This document shows positions 11,784 through 23,937 of a DNA stretch of 64,000 nucleotides, piece after piece (position 1 is the stretch's first letter; each line of letters begins with the position of its first letter). The DNA is from Lytechinus pictus (taxonomy: Eukaryota): contig NC_087250.1 in assembly GCF_037042905.1 (NCBI RefSeq), positions 22,942,001 through 23,006,000 on the forward strand, in the 5' to 3' direction. The notes beneath the pieces were generated by a model. That model was not told the origin of the DNA and ran no database searches. It saw only the letters and a list, made by a program, of their open reading frames with translations. A program made the position numbers and the translations under genes.

Positions 11784-12634
11784 GGCCGTGTTTATGCATC
11801 CACTTTTCAGGCCAGAATCAGCATTTCCAAATGTGGTTAGTCCAAAACACGGTTGCGTCCATGCTTACTTTCATTTAAACGCTGTTTCAAAACGCCGATC
11901 GTAAACTCACAAAAAGGTGCGTTTGTAAACGTCGTTTGACCAGAATCAGGCTTTCTGGGGAAGTATAAACAGAACCACGATCGTAAACGTGTTTAAATAA
12001 CGTCATTTGGTGCATGCTTCCGGTGAGATGAAAATCCGCGGGCAAATACAGTCGCATTGCTCCATGGTCGCATGTTACCTCCACGGAATTGCCTCTCATC
12101 TCCCTTGTTACATTTGCATGTGTGATAATTGATATAAGTACTATCACTAGTATTACTCTTCCAATTTGTCATCACAATGAATGTTGAGGGATTTACAAAA
12201 AAAAAACCTGGAATATGAGTTATAATGAGGAGACATCGCCAGATGCCCATAAACAAATAGATGTTTTATTATTTTATTATGTATACTTTAATTTAATTCT
12301 TTATTTTTTCTCACTATTATCCTCACCATGGTGGAAATTATATGGTTATATCAAGAAGCTCCATGCAATGACTAAAATATCGGAAATTGTTCGATGTTTA
12401 AAAAACAGTCAACGTACCTTCCCCATAACAACTCTTTCGAAAAAGGGCGTGCCCAATTTGACCTCGCTTTCCTGCTCAACGAAAATTACGATGCGAAGCC
12501 AGCTGGAGTTAGTGATTTCGCCTCTGAAAAGTGAAGCATAAACAGCACTCCCAGAACCACGTTTACGATCGGCGTTTTGAATCGACGTTTGAAAACGCTG
12601 ATTCTGTCCTCGCAATGGAAGCATAAACACACCC
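11784..12634. mobile_element. PIF/Harbinger-like MITE, unit-2 specific
   Basis: TIR ggccgtgtttatgcatcca / tggaagcataaacacaccc, TAA TSD; empty site at 4662-4664. Confidence 0.9.
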
Positions 12635-13000
12635 TAAGATACCTTGATGTGGGGGGTGGGGCAGATCAATGACTTAAATCTCACATCACTCTCTACTGAG
12701 TGACATAACCTAAGCAAATCATTACTCTTTCTTTACTTAATCTTTATTTCATCTTCTTAATTCCTCTTCCTCCTTTCTTTTCCTGAAATTTTCCCTACCT
12801 AAAATCACAAGAATATACAGATAGAAGTTGGATGAAATTTGCAAAACATGTCTTAAGAATGCCATCAGTATATGCTCAATTGAAACAGCAATGACTTGGC
12901 AACCAAATGGAAGAAGGAACATTGGCTGTCCCAAGCACACCTGGCGGACTTTCCTGAAATACTTAGAGTTGGCCTATAACCTTGATAACAATCTACTTAA

Positions 13001-13596
13001 AGGGGAATCCAACCCAAATAAAAACTTGCTTTTATAAGAAAAAGAAAAATCAGACAAGTTGATAGGTGAAAGTTTGATCAATATTGGACAAATAACAAAA
13101 AAGTTATGAATTTTTAAAAGTTGTAAATATTGGTAATCACTGTACCCATGGAGACTTCAAATTGGCCGCATATGGGATGTCATAGTGATGTAAGGCAAGG
13201 ACTACTCTTCCATGTACTCCAATACATATTATGGCTAAAATGTCATTTTTCCCAAAAGTTTTAATTTCAAATTATATTTTTCTTTCATGAGGACATAAAA
13301 CAATATACTAGCTGGATTATATTTAGATTACTGCCCCAGGGGAGTGGGTACCTAGGAGAAAACCACAAATCCCTGATAATAAATTACATGGCCTATGGGA
13401 AAGTTGTCCTTGCCCCTTGTCATAATTTACTCACTCAGTTGCCAATTTGAAATCTACATACTATTAGTGATCTCAATTTTAAAGCAGCTAGAACTTTCTT
13501 ATTGCTTGTCCGATTTCTTTCAAACTTTCGCCATTCTATTTAATTTATTTTTCTCCTTCCCAACACAACATTTTATGGCCAAGGCTGGATTCCCCT
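13001..13596. mobile_element. Kolobok-like MITE
   Basis: ttaa|aggggaatcca ... tggattcccct|ttaa; empty TTAA at 5031-5034; second copy at 18176. Confidence 0.88.
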
Positions 13597-13998
13597 TTAA
13601 ATTTAGTGGTTGCAAAACTCAAAAGTGACGACAGCTTCCTGCCTAATGCACTACACAGGAAGAAGCCTACCCCGGTCTAAAGTATCACTATTCATAACAG
13701 TGGTATAACTCATGTCCTGATATGATCGATATTTCCTCATCAATATTACATTACATATTAATATTGATCTGATCAGATAACAACTGCTGTAGATGCTGTT
13801 AAAATCTTCAGATACAGCCATATTCTGGTACTGACAAATTGTGCTCTAACTCTGCAGTTTTTCATTTGAATTCCAGATTGCTTTACAACTCAGATTTCAA
13901 ATGATTGTGAACAGGTAATTTAACTTCTATAACTTTAAATAATTGATCTTAATAGTAATTTGTAATTATAAGGGGATGGGGGAAATTATTAGGATATA

Positions 13999-15097
13999 CA
14001 GTGCAAGCCAAACAGTGCCTTTCAGAAAAAAGGTAATCTAAATCTAGAGGGCTGATATTCCGATCATATTTAATTTTGTGTAATTATCTTCATGGATATA
14101 AATGAGAAACTCATCAGCTTTCCATTGATACCATATTTGTACCATTTATGCCACGGATGACCGAATCAATCGCTGTTGAAGACAACAGGTCCAGAGACCA
14201 CTTTTTCCAAGTTTTGGTAAAGTGGGTAAAATGTGCACTTGATAAAATAACGTTTTCCAAAGTAATTTTTGGAATGAAGTGTTACTTGAGGTATTTTTCT
14301 GAAATGATGAGTGAAAAATTGATGTCTTATCATGGACCTGGTCTGATTGGCCCACACCTTCAATATGTCCTCCTCTCCTTTGAAAACAAAGCCAGAAGCG
14401 TGGAAGAATATCTTGGACAGCTCGTCTCACCAGTGGCAATGCCGGATCATTGTGCAAAACATCCACATCATATCGAATTCGGCCCTGCAAGTCATCAAAA
14501 TCTTGGGGAAGAGTTGCAAAAACCTTATTTTTAATTGTCCCTTAAGGAAATAATCACAGGGCGTGAGGTCAGGCACTTTTGGTGGCCGTTCAATGCCATA
14601 TGGTTGAGGGCAACAACTCAATGTCCAAAGAGTTCTCTGTGTCTATCATAAATGATGCTGGAACAATGGGCAGGAGCGCCGTCCTGAATCCACCAAAGAT
14701 GCCTGTACACTCCTCACAACTGTCTCTCAAAATGTTGGTCCAATTGTGGTACGATCTCCTCTATAATGGTGTGCAAGTACATTCACTTATTAATGCTCCT
14801 TTGGAAGAAAAAGGGTCCAATCAAAAGATTTTTGCCAGCTCAGGCATCAATGAAAGTATTTACATCAGCATCTGCCTTTTCATCAAGTTTTCAAAAACTT
14901 GGAAAAAGTGGTCTCTGCACCTTTTGTCTTCAACCTCAACTAATTTGGTCATGCGTAGCGCAAATGGCACAAATAGGGTATCAATGGAAAGCTGATGAGT
15001 TTCTCTTTCATAATCATGCACAACAATGTCACAAAATTAAATATGCGTTGAATATAAGCCCTTTGGATTTGGATTACCTTTTTTCTGAAACGCACTG
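13999..15097 (-). mobile_element. Degenerate Tc1/mariner element (maT/DD37D-like motifs)
   Basis: TA TSD, TIR cagtgc(c/g)tttcagaaaaaaggtaatc; minus-strand remnants WWIQDGAPAH and PDLTPCDYFL with stops/frameshifts; empty site near 5432. Confidence 0.88.
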
Positions 15098-15953
15098 TAT
15101 ACTGAAACCATAGACCTATGAAGAGATGGACATTCATCGATATTATGAATTCACCAACAAGTGACTGTTATTGTCATCTGAATAACATTCTCTTCATATT
15201 AGTCTACTTTGGTTCTATGATCGTCATCATGAGAAGAACCAGAAGCAATTCATGATTTGACATTTATATTCAACAGATTGTATGTGCAGTAGATAATAAA
15301 TCCCTTAAATCATTGGAAACTGATGTGCAGTTCTTGTTTACCTTTGGTAATCTTTGTTCCATTTGTTTATTTGGGGAAAAGTCAGAATATTTTTATATTG
15401 AGGCAATTTTGTGATTAATTTGTTTACCATTTGAATTTGAAATTCCATTTTCCCAAGTTTCTCCATAACATTCCAGATATATATGGCACAACAAGGCATA
15501 AATTGTGTATCTTTCAAGGTTATTGAGGTCCTTATGTGTAAGCCAAAGTGAGCAGATCGAATGATATCATATATGCAGGGTGCAACATAAGCGCTTGCCC
15601 GATTGCCAGGGGCAAGTAAAAGTTAGAGTCAGGCAAGTGATTTGAAGCAAAGACAAAAACTAATTGCCCGAATCGGGCAAGCAAAATTCTCATATAGAAA
15701 TTATATTTTAGAAAGATTCCCCATATTTCACCATCAGAAATATGGAGAAAAAAAAAAGAGACAAATAAAAGCCATATCATTAATTTCTTCTTTCAAAAAG
15801 TTTATAAGTCATGATTCTAATTGCAAAATTTGTGCCATTTTCTGCAATAAACACACAACTCAGACACGTACACACACACACAGAATCAATGGCAGTCTAG
15901 CATACCTAGCTAGCTAGCGCCTCGTCATGCACGTAGCCCATGCATGTAGTTAA

Positions 15954-16533
15954 AGGGATGGTCCAGGCTGAAAATATTTATATCTTAATACATAGAGTAG
16001 AATTCACTAAGCAAAATGCCGAAAATTTCATCAAAATCGGATAACAAATAATAAAGTTATTGAAGTTTAAAGTTTAGCAATATTTCGTGAAAGCAGTCGT
16101 CATGAATATTCATTATGTGGGTTGATGATGTCACATCTCCACTTTCCGTTTTCTTATGTTATTACATAAAATCCTTATTTTTTCATTATTTCATACTTGT
16201 GTGATAATATGTCTCTCTAATAATGAAATAAGTTGTGGCAATAAATATCTAAAGCACTATTCAGTTGTCAATCCAATTTTTCTAGTTCTTGGAGGAAAAA
16301 ATTTGAATAAATCTAATTTCATATAATAAAATACAAAAGAACAAGTGGAGATGTGACATCATCAGTCCACCTAATGAATATTCATTACGACTGTTTTCAC
16401 AAAATATTGCTAAACTTTGAAATTCAATAACTTTGTTATTTGTTATCCGATTTTGATGAAATTTTCGGCGTTTTGCTCAGTGAATTCTACTCTATTTATT
16501 AAGCAATATATACTTTCAGCCCAGACCATTCCT
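15954..16533. mobile_element. Kolobok-like MITE nested in the previous element
   Basis: ttaa|agggatggtccaggctgaaa ... tttcagcccagaccattcct|ttaa; largely palindromic. Confidence 0.85.
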
Positions 16534-16879
16534 TTAAGTTTCTACGGAGTACGGTGCTGCACGAACAAAGTTTGCTATGGAAGAAATCTCCCAAAGAACT
16601 GTCAAAATTCACATTTCTTGCAGATGAAAACTCTTGTAATGTCTATATTTCCTAAAAATTGGGGTAGCTCTGTCATTTGTAAGCAGTAAAAGGAGAAATT
16701 TTCACTTCTGTTATGCTTCAAAAAGATCAGGTTTTGAATGATCGTCTGTATCACACACACTGAAATAGATTGTTTGACAGTCCCACATTTGTGTTAATGT
16801 TGATAAACGTGGTTTCTTTCGTAACTATTTTTTTGCCAAGGAAATTGATAAATTTTTTTCTTTACTTATGACTGGATAG

Positions 16880-17740
16880 TTTGAGCTTTCTTCCTCTCTG
16901 TTCTCTTTCTTTCTGCCTATCTTTCTTTCTTTTCTTTTCAATCTTTATTTCTTTAAATGTCCTTGCTTCTTTCGTTCGTTTTTTCTGTTACTATAGGCTC
17001 TATACATGTAGCTGTCTTTCTTTTTGTCATTCTATTTTTCTTTCTTCCTTCCATCCATCCATTCTTTACCTTTTCTTCCTTACTTTCTTCATCCCTTTCA
17101 TTCTTTCTTTATTATTTCTTTCCTTCATTCCTTTCTATTTGTCTTTCGTTCTCTTTCTCCTTCCTTTCTTTCCTTCTGATTTTCTTTATTTTTGTCTTTC
17201 GTTCTTTTGATCTTTCTTTTTCTTCCTTATTTTTTCTTTCTGCCTTCCTTCATCTCTTTCCTTCATTTCTTTCTGTCTTTCATTCTAACTTTCTTTTCTT
17301 TCTTTCTTTTTTCCCTTCCTTCCATCTACCCTTTTACCTTTTCTTTCTTCCTTCTTTCCTTTTCTTTCTTTCCCTTTCTCTTCCTTCCATCCATCCTTTT
17401 CTTTTTCTCTTTTCTTTCTTCCTTTTACCTTTTTTTCTTTCTTTTTCTTTCTTTATTCATTCCTTTCTTTCTCTTCCCCTCAGTTTTTTCTCTATTTTTC
17501 TTTCTTTCTTTTTTCTTTCCCTTCTTTCTTCCTTCCTTTCTTTCCATCTTTCTCTTCCCCGCAGCCATTCTCTCTCTCTATCTTTCTTTCTTAATTTCTT
17601 TTTTTTTCTTTCTTCCTTCCTTTATTTCTTCCTCCTTTCTGTCTTTCTTCTTATTTTTTTTCTTTCATTCTGTCCCCTCTCTTAATTTCTTTTTTTTGCA
17701 TCTGGTTATTTTCAGTGATTTCTCCTTTTTTTATTGTGTC
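16880..17740. repeat. CT-rich low-complexity tract
   Basis: ~860 bp of almost pure pyrimidines. Confidence 0.95.
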
Positions 17741-18175
17741 CTAGTCCCCTCCAAAATATATGGAAAATATATGAGATTAGGAAATTAATTAAAGAGCACA
17801 TTGACCATATATTTTGTCATGATGTACAAGATAAAAATCATTTTAAAAAATACAGCTACAAGGTACATCAGTAGTCATGTTGAAAAATATATCAATAAAG
17901 CTGTCAATGGTATGGTATGTAAAACCGTAAGCATATAACTTGTTTTGAAGCAATAAAACTTTGTTTTGAAGGATTTTTTCGGGCAAGTAAAATCTATATT
18001 CGGGCAAGTATTTTCCAACTATTTGAAAATTTACGTGCCCGACTGGGCAAGTGCTTCAAAAAAGTTATGTAGCACCCTGATATATGTATATCAAAAAAAT
18101 CACTGCTCCAGGCATATGGTGAAAATGGGACTCAGCCAACAAAAATCAAGACCAGGGAAACCGTTCCTTCTTTAA

Positions 18176-18770
18176 AGGGGAATCCAACCCAAATAAAAAC
18201 TTGCTTTTATAAGGAAAAGAAAAATCATACAAGTTGATAGGTGAAATTTTGAACAATATTGGACAAACAACAAGAAAGTTATGAATTTTTAAAAGTTGTA
18301 AATATTGGTAATCACTATATCCATGGAGACTTCAACTTGGCCACATATGGGATGTCATAGTGATGTAAGGCAAGGACTACTCTTCCATGTACTCCAATAC
18401 ATATTATGGCTAAAATTTCATTTTTCCCAAAAGTTTTATTTCAAATTATATTTTTCTTTCATGGGGACATAAAACAATGTACTACCTGGGCTATATTTAG
18501 ATTACTGCCACAGGGAAATGGGTACTTAGGAAAAAACCACAAATCCCTGATAATAAAGTACATGGCCTATGGTAAAGTTGTCCTTGCCCCTTGTCATAAT
18601 TTACTTACTCAGTTGCCAATTTGAAATCTACATAATATTAGTCATCTCAATTTTAAAGCAGCTATAACTTTCTTATTGCTTGTCCGATTTATTTCAAATT
18701 TTCACCATCCTGTTTAGTTTATTTTTCTCCTTCCCAAAACAACATTTTATGGCCAAGGCTGGATTCCCCT
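18176..18770. mobile_element. Kolobok-like MITE, same family as 13001-13596
   Basis: ttaa|aggggaatcca ... tggattcccct|ttaa, colinear with the first copy. Confidence 0.88.
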
Positions 18771-19158
18771 TTAAGTGATCAGAAACGCCTTTGTGATTAT
18801 GTTATTGCTATTGTCACAACACCTCATTAAGATGCACATAACCAGGTGACAGTGACTATCATTGGATCAAAGAAATACTCGCATTAATCGTCCATATCTT
18901 AGGTCCATGCATGATGAAACCCAATGTACATTTGCTGAAGAAGATTTTTTTTTTATTATTGAGTTTAGCTTTTGCATTAATGTTGACATATGTGAGAAGG
19001 TCCATGGGTAAGGTCTACATAACTTTTTTTTCACCATATACATGTAGCTGATTTTAATCCCATTTATTTTTCAAGCTTCTTCCTGCTTCTTATCCATCTC
19101 AAATTCCTTACAGGTTTCCTCTATCATCCAGAGCTTAACAATCTTCAGATATCACATT

Positions 19159-20814
19159 ATGGCGGCAAGATTTCCTGAAGGAAACCAAGTTCAGCTCCGA
19201 CCACGAAAAGGTCATGACATGACATGGTCATGTGACAAGCATGGTGAGCCAATCGCATTTTACTGTAAGAAACACGGACTACCCGTATGTGATCGTTGCG
19301 CTATCAAAGAACATTGCCAAAAACCATGTGAGCTAGATGATATCGAGGATGTCATCTTTGAGAGGAGAAAAAAACTAGATGAGAAACGGCCAAAAATACA
19401 GGAACTTCAGAAACAAATGAAAGCCCTAGATTTGAAAATAAAGACAGCTTTAACTTTTGGAGATACTTATCTACAGACCATAAACAACAACATTCAAGCA
19501 TCGTATCACAACAAGATCAAATCTGTTGAGGAAAAGGAGGACAGAATGATTAGGGTGATTAACGAGGAGGCAGATGAGGAAATAAGACTGGTAAATGAGA
19601 AGAGAGAAAAACGGATCAAGGATTGCAACATTGAGAAAGAAAAGGAGCAAAAACTCATCAAAGATAAAGAAACAAAACTTCTATCAGATGCAAAAACAAT
19701 CAGCGAAATTGTTTCTAAGAAGATCAAAGATCTAACTATTAAGAGTCAGCATGTCATAAACACTATTAAGAATATTGAATCCACCATCAAACGTATAAAC
19801 CAACATGATGAAACATTGGTGAATGAAGCTTCTCAAGTACTTGCATCTATTAATGAAAATTTAAGTTTGAATGTTCATCAAGATGTTAGTGACTGCCTTG
19901 ACCTAATAGAGAGTGAAGTTGAGAGAGTGAAGTTTGTAGAGGGGGAAGTATGTGGAGAATACTATGGTAAAATTGATGGGTATATCGGTAAATGGGAACT
20001 TGCAAAGTCAATCCACATTCCATCGGTCGTTGATGAGCCTTGTGTGTTTGGTTTAGTCAGTGAGGATGAGATATGTGTGCAAGACGTAATTAACAATAAC
20101 ATGTATGTTACAAACATCAGCACTCAACACACAGAGAAAGTCATTGATGGTGTGTGGATTACATCATGTGCGCCCATAGACAGTAACAGAATAGTATGTG
20201 GTAAGAGGAGAGTTGATTGGTGGGGTGTCAGGTTGGATGGATTCATCACTCTCTATGACAGACAATGGAAGGTGATTAGAGACATCAGCATACCAAGGAA
20301 TGGAAACGGTATGATTGTGTATGTTGATGTTGACAGGGATGGGATGATCCTCGCTGCTCAGTACTATCAGTCTAATATCTACGTCATCAATCCTGCTGAT
20401 GATAAGATAGTAAACACTATTAAGATGCAGGGTAAGAAGGTGTGGGGTGAGATACAAGCCTTGTCAACAGGTGATATCATTGTGACGACAGGTCGTAATA
20501 AATACACTGTCATCTCACGATCGGGAGAAGAGAAGGCTGTCATACACTGTGGTGAGTGGGACTCACCACAGTGTCGCGTTGACAAACTGACAGACACACT
20601 CTACATCGCGTATTGGGATAGAGATCGTAATACCTACGCAGTTGATCAGGTGTCACGTGATGGTATCATCCAGGCAAGGAGGATCGTGGAATATGTGGAA
20701 TCAGATCGCACTCGCTTCATTAGCCCTTGTCTTGTTACTCCTTCTGGTAACCTTGTACATGTAGTATGTGATGGAGACAAATTTCTTCTTTACAAGAAGA
20801 CAATCCTCTTGTAA
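19159..20814 (+). CDS. TRIM-like B-box/coiled-coil/NHL beta-propeller protein, copy 3 (551 aa)
   Basis: Intact ORF, same architecture; B-box2 CDKH..CKKH..CDRC..H; same upstream acceptor at 19113. Confidence 0.9.
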   Translation: MAARFPEGNQVQLRPRKGHDMTWSCDKHGEPIAFYCKKHGLPVCDRCAIKEHCQKPCELDDIEDVIFERRKKLDEKRPKIQELQKQMKALDLKIKTALTFGDTYLQTINNNIQASYHNKIKSVEEKEDRMIRVINEEADEEIRLVNEKREKRIKDCNIEKEKEQKLIKDKETKLLSDAKTISEIVSKKIKDLTIKSQHVINTIKNIESTIKRINQHDETLVNEASQVLASINENLSLNVHQDVSDCLDLIESEVERVKFVEGEVCGEYYGKIDGYIGKWELAKSIHIPSVVDEPCVFGLVSEDEICVQDVINNNMYVTNISTQHTEKVIDGVWITSCAPIDSNRIVCGKRRVDWWGVRLDGFITLYDRQWKVIRDISIPRNGNGMIVYVDVDRDGMILAAQYYQSNIYVINPADDKIVNTIKMQGKKVWGEIQALSTGDIIVTTGRNKYTVISRSGEEKAVIHCGEWDSPQCRVDKLTDTLYIAYWDRDRNTYAVDQVSRDGIIQARRIVEYVESDRTRFISPCLVTPSGNLVHVVCDGDKFLLYKKTILL

Positions 20815-23767
20815 ATCATCAAGAATCTCAACATAGTCTACAAGCACAGACCCTGAATGAAACTTTGATCAACAAGTTTGTCTCCACACAAAGAATAGCA
20901 CATGTATACAAATCTTGCTGTTTCAATTCCTGAGCGAGAGCGCCTTCAGTACACAAGGTATAACCCTGCACATTCAGACCGTTAACTCGAGTGAAGGGTT
21001 TGCACAGCAATCTAAATGAGTGATAATGTTTTTTTAAGAACATTTAAGAGCAATGTTTTGCTACATTTCCATTTGTGTTTAACTTCAATCTGCCACCCCT
21101 TATACCCATTGGGGCAGTTTCATAACTTGTTATAGTAACAGTCAATAGCTAAAAAATACTGAAATAATTCAATTTGATTGGATCATAGTAACCTTTAGAT
21201 AGAAATTGTTATTTTAACAAGTCTTTATGTAACAGGACCATGGAGACATTCATGTTTGATACAATGGTCATGCCTATGTGTTATTAAATTCAAAGTAATG
21301 TATTTGAACAACGATTATTTTAAAGTTAACAATTCAATGCTTGTGTGTTCATACATGTATTATGCTGGTAAAAGTCTAGACATTCTTTATTCAAGAATGA
21401 TATCATTGAAATTTGAATCTTCTTTCTTTCAAGTCCCTTCTCCATGTTTTGACAATAAAATCATTCATATTTTGACCAATTAAACTTTGACAGAATATGA
21501 TTTTAAAAATCATAAAGAGTTCGAATTTTCATTTTAACCGAATTTAAATGATATTATCATCCCACATTCCTCCGAAAGTTTACAATGCCCTAACCAAACA
21601 GATTACTCATTTCAAGAATTAAAAATTCATACTATTAAATTGAAATATATTTAGCTTTGTTTTGTATATAAATCTGTCAGTAGGTTCGTCATTGTATATA
21701 TATATCACATTTAAATATTTTTTTTGCAAGCATACATGCATATCCTCGTCATTGCTTACCTTAAAATAATGTTTCAATAATTTATCCTGTTTATTTTCCC
21801 AAGCTTTTTGTTTGATCATATCTTTCACCTCTGTATTAAAGAAGATTTCCAATCTTATCTTTATAAAACCAATTCATAATACATAGTATATCCAATTTTT
21901 GTAAAAAGTGCAAATTTCTTTTATAATATAAAGTGCAGTATACATGTATAATGATATGATATTTAAAGATCATCTATTTGGGTTAATACATGTATGATAG
22001 AAGATTAGTAAAAGTAGAATTCAAGTCTTACAAATGATGTTATATTCTTTTGTAACATGTTTTCATTAAATTTAGTATGGGAATTGTAGTCCTTGATGTA
22101 AGATAATAAAATGATATGGTTGTATTTGATCTTTACACCTTCAGGAGGATTGAAAGAATTGTAACATATGAATCAGAGCAAACATTGTTTGGTGTAAATC
22201 AAGAGGAAAGAAATTGATATCTTTATGCTGGAATAAAATGGTGATAGCCAAGAAAGACAAGAAAAATTCAATCATGTATATAAAATATGCGAAAGATTGA
22301 TCAATCAACTACCAGTTGTAAACACATTATTGATCTAAATCTATCAATCATTTTGAATAAATGTTGTAAATGATTGAAATCATTCAATATGGTTGTAGGG
22401 TGAAATTTGTGGGAATTTCAATCAAAAGATCATTATGGTGATAGGGAGAGACAGTTTTTAATTTCTCTACAAGGAATATTAATCTGATGTATAAACAAGT
22501 AATTTTGTCAGCCTAAATGGTAATAAAATGAGAAAATTAAACATATAGATATATATAATTGTTTCATCTGCCGTTCTTCTTTTGGTTCAATCTATGTAGA
22601 GCTGGTTAAAAATGACAGAGTGATGCTAAGAGATAAAAGAGAAGATGAAGAGAGAGGGAGAAAGAAAGAGAGGAAAAGAGAGAGAAAGAAAGAGTTAGTG
22701 ATAAATGGATAGAGAAAGACATAGTTGGGATTGATCAGATCAATCATAACTCTTATCTTTACATGATTATGAACCAGAAAGTCTATTACATTCCCAATTC
22801 TAACCCTAGGCCCTCTGGGATATCAAGAAATGTCGCAAGAGCAAATGTGTCAACTAAAAGTTTACCAACTCAACTCGGCGACTCAAGATAGCCGTCACTC
22901 ATCTCTCCAACTAGTCAAGACTCTCAACTTTTCTGATTTACACAGACCCTGCCAAAAGTGTATTTTTCCCCCAAAAAAAGTATTTCATAATAAAATGCTT
23001 GGCGCACTCGCTCATCGCGGCGTTCAAGCTGCATGCAAGCTATAATGCGCACTGCTCTTGCAGATAAAAAAAACAAAAAAACATTGAAACATGTGTATAT
23101 CTCACCCTGGTTTTAACAAAATGATTGAAAAAAAACAAGTTACCTGAAATTACATTGATCTAATAACCATATTTGTATACGTTTTATGAAATAGAGACAT
23201 ATTGAGATGATTTTTCTCAATAAATTACGATTTTGTATAAAAAAAAAAAACATTTTTTTTAATACAAAAAACACATTTTTAAAGAAAAAACGTACTGCCG
23301 TATTTTGGTTGCAAAAACGTACTAAATACGTCTAAAACGTATTGGTTGGCAGGTCTGTTTACAGTCCTATTGAGGACTACACACTCATTTTAGAAAAAAA
23401 ACAAAGTAACATAGGGATAGGCAGTTTTCAATCTACTGGTAAATAAATATGTAAAATTTGTTTGGTTCTTTTCTTTTAATGACAAAATTTTCCTTCGCAA
23501 AACATAATTCTGTTTTTGCTGTGTATATAGTTCTATGACAAAATGGACTTTCCATTTTAGATCACACTGAAACAGAAAATGAAAAGACAATTTTTTACAC
23601 CGAAAATCAATGAAGACTAATCTTGATGAATGGCCTTCTGCTGGCTCCCCATATTCTTTGCATTGCTTGAATATTTTTCTTTTGCCTCTAACATTTTATG
23701 AGAATTAGAGATACATAAAATCAATCAATGAATTTGTTTGCAAACATGGAAGAAAATATTCACTTAC

Positions 23768-23887
23768 CTGCTCTGGTCTTGAAGGATAGCTGAAAGTCAC
23801 CTTGTCAAATTCTACGTTGGCATAGAGACTGTGGTATGGTATACACTTGCCCCCGGTCAAAGGAATACTGGGTTCCATTTTGATATA
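23768..23887 (-). CDS. ABCB8: ABCB8 exon 10 (linker and start of NBD)
   Basis: ttttcag|YIKMEPSIPLTGGKCIPYHSLYANVEFDKVTFSYPSRPEQ|gtaagt; 120 nt, phase 0/0. Confidence 0.93.
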
Positions 23888-23937
23888 CTGAAAACACAAA
23901 GAGAAAAAAATCAACGGCCGTCCTGAAATACAATTAA

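Larger units (their letters stand above)
15576..18079. mobile_element. Non-autonomous TIR element (P- or hAT-like) with internal CT-rich tract
   Basis: TIR cagggtgc(a/t)acataa, 7-bp ATATATG duplication, gggcaagt subterminal repeats; absent from unit 1. Confidence 0.8.
1..22720 (+). repeat. Tandem segmental duplication, three units of ~7 kb core each
   Basis: Flanks align colinearly between units (1553-7232 vs 8883-19158 vs 20815-22720); the extra length of unit 2 is explained by TE insertions; homology of unit 3 stops at ~22720. Confidence 0.95.

Noticed and set aside
14148..15113. Cluster of plus-strand ORFs as a host gene
   Set aside because: They lie inside the degenerate Tc1/mariner element whose coding remnants are on the minus strand
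16881..17788. Long F/L/S-rich ORFs
   Set aside because: Artefacts of a CT-rich tract lacking stop codons
760..20700. Diversity-generating retroelement as the cause of the hypervariable codons
   Set aside because: Changes are not adenine-specific, and there is no invariant template repeat or reverse transcriptase in the window; selection plus conversion is sufficient
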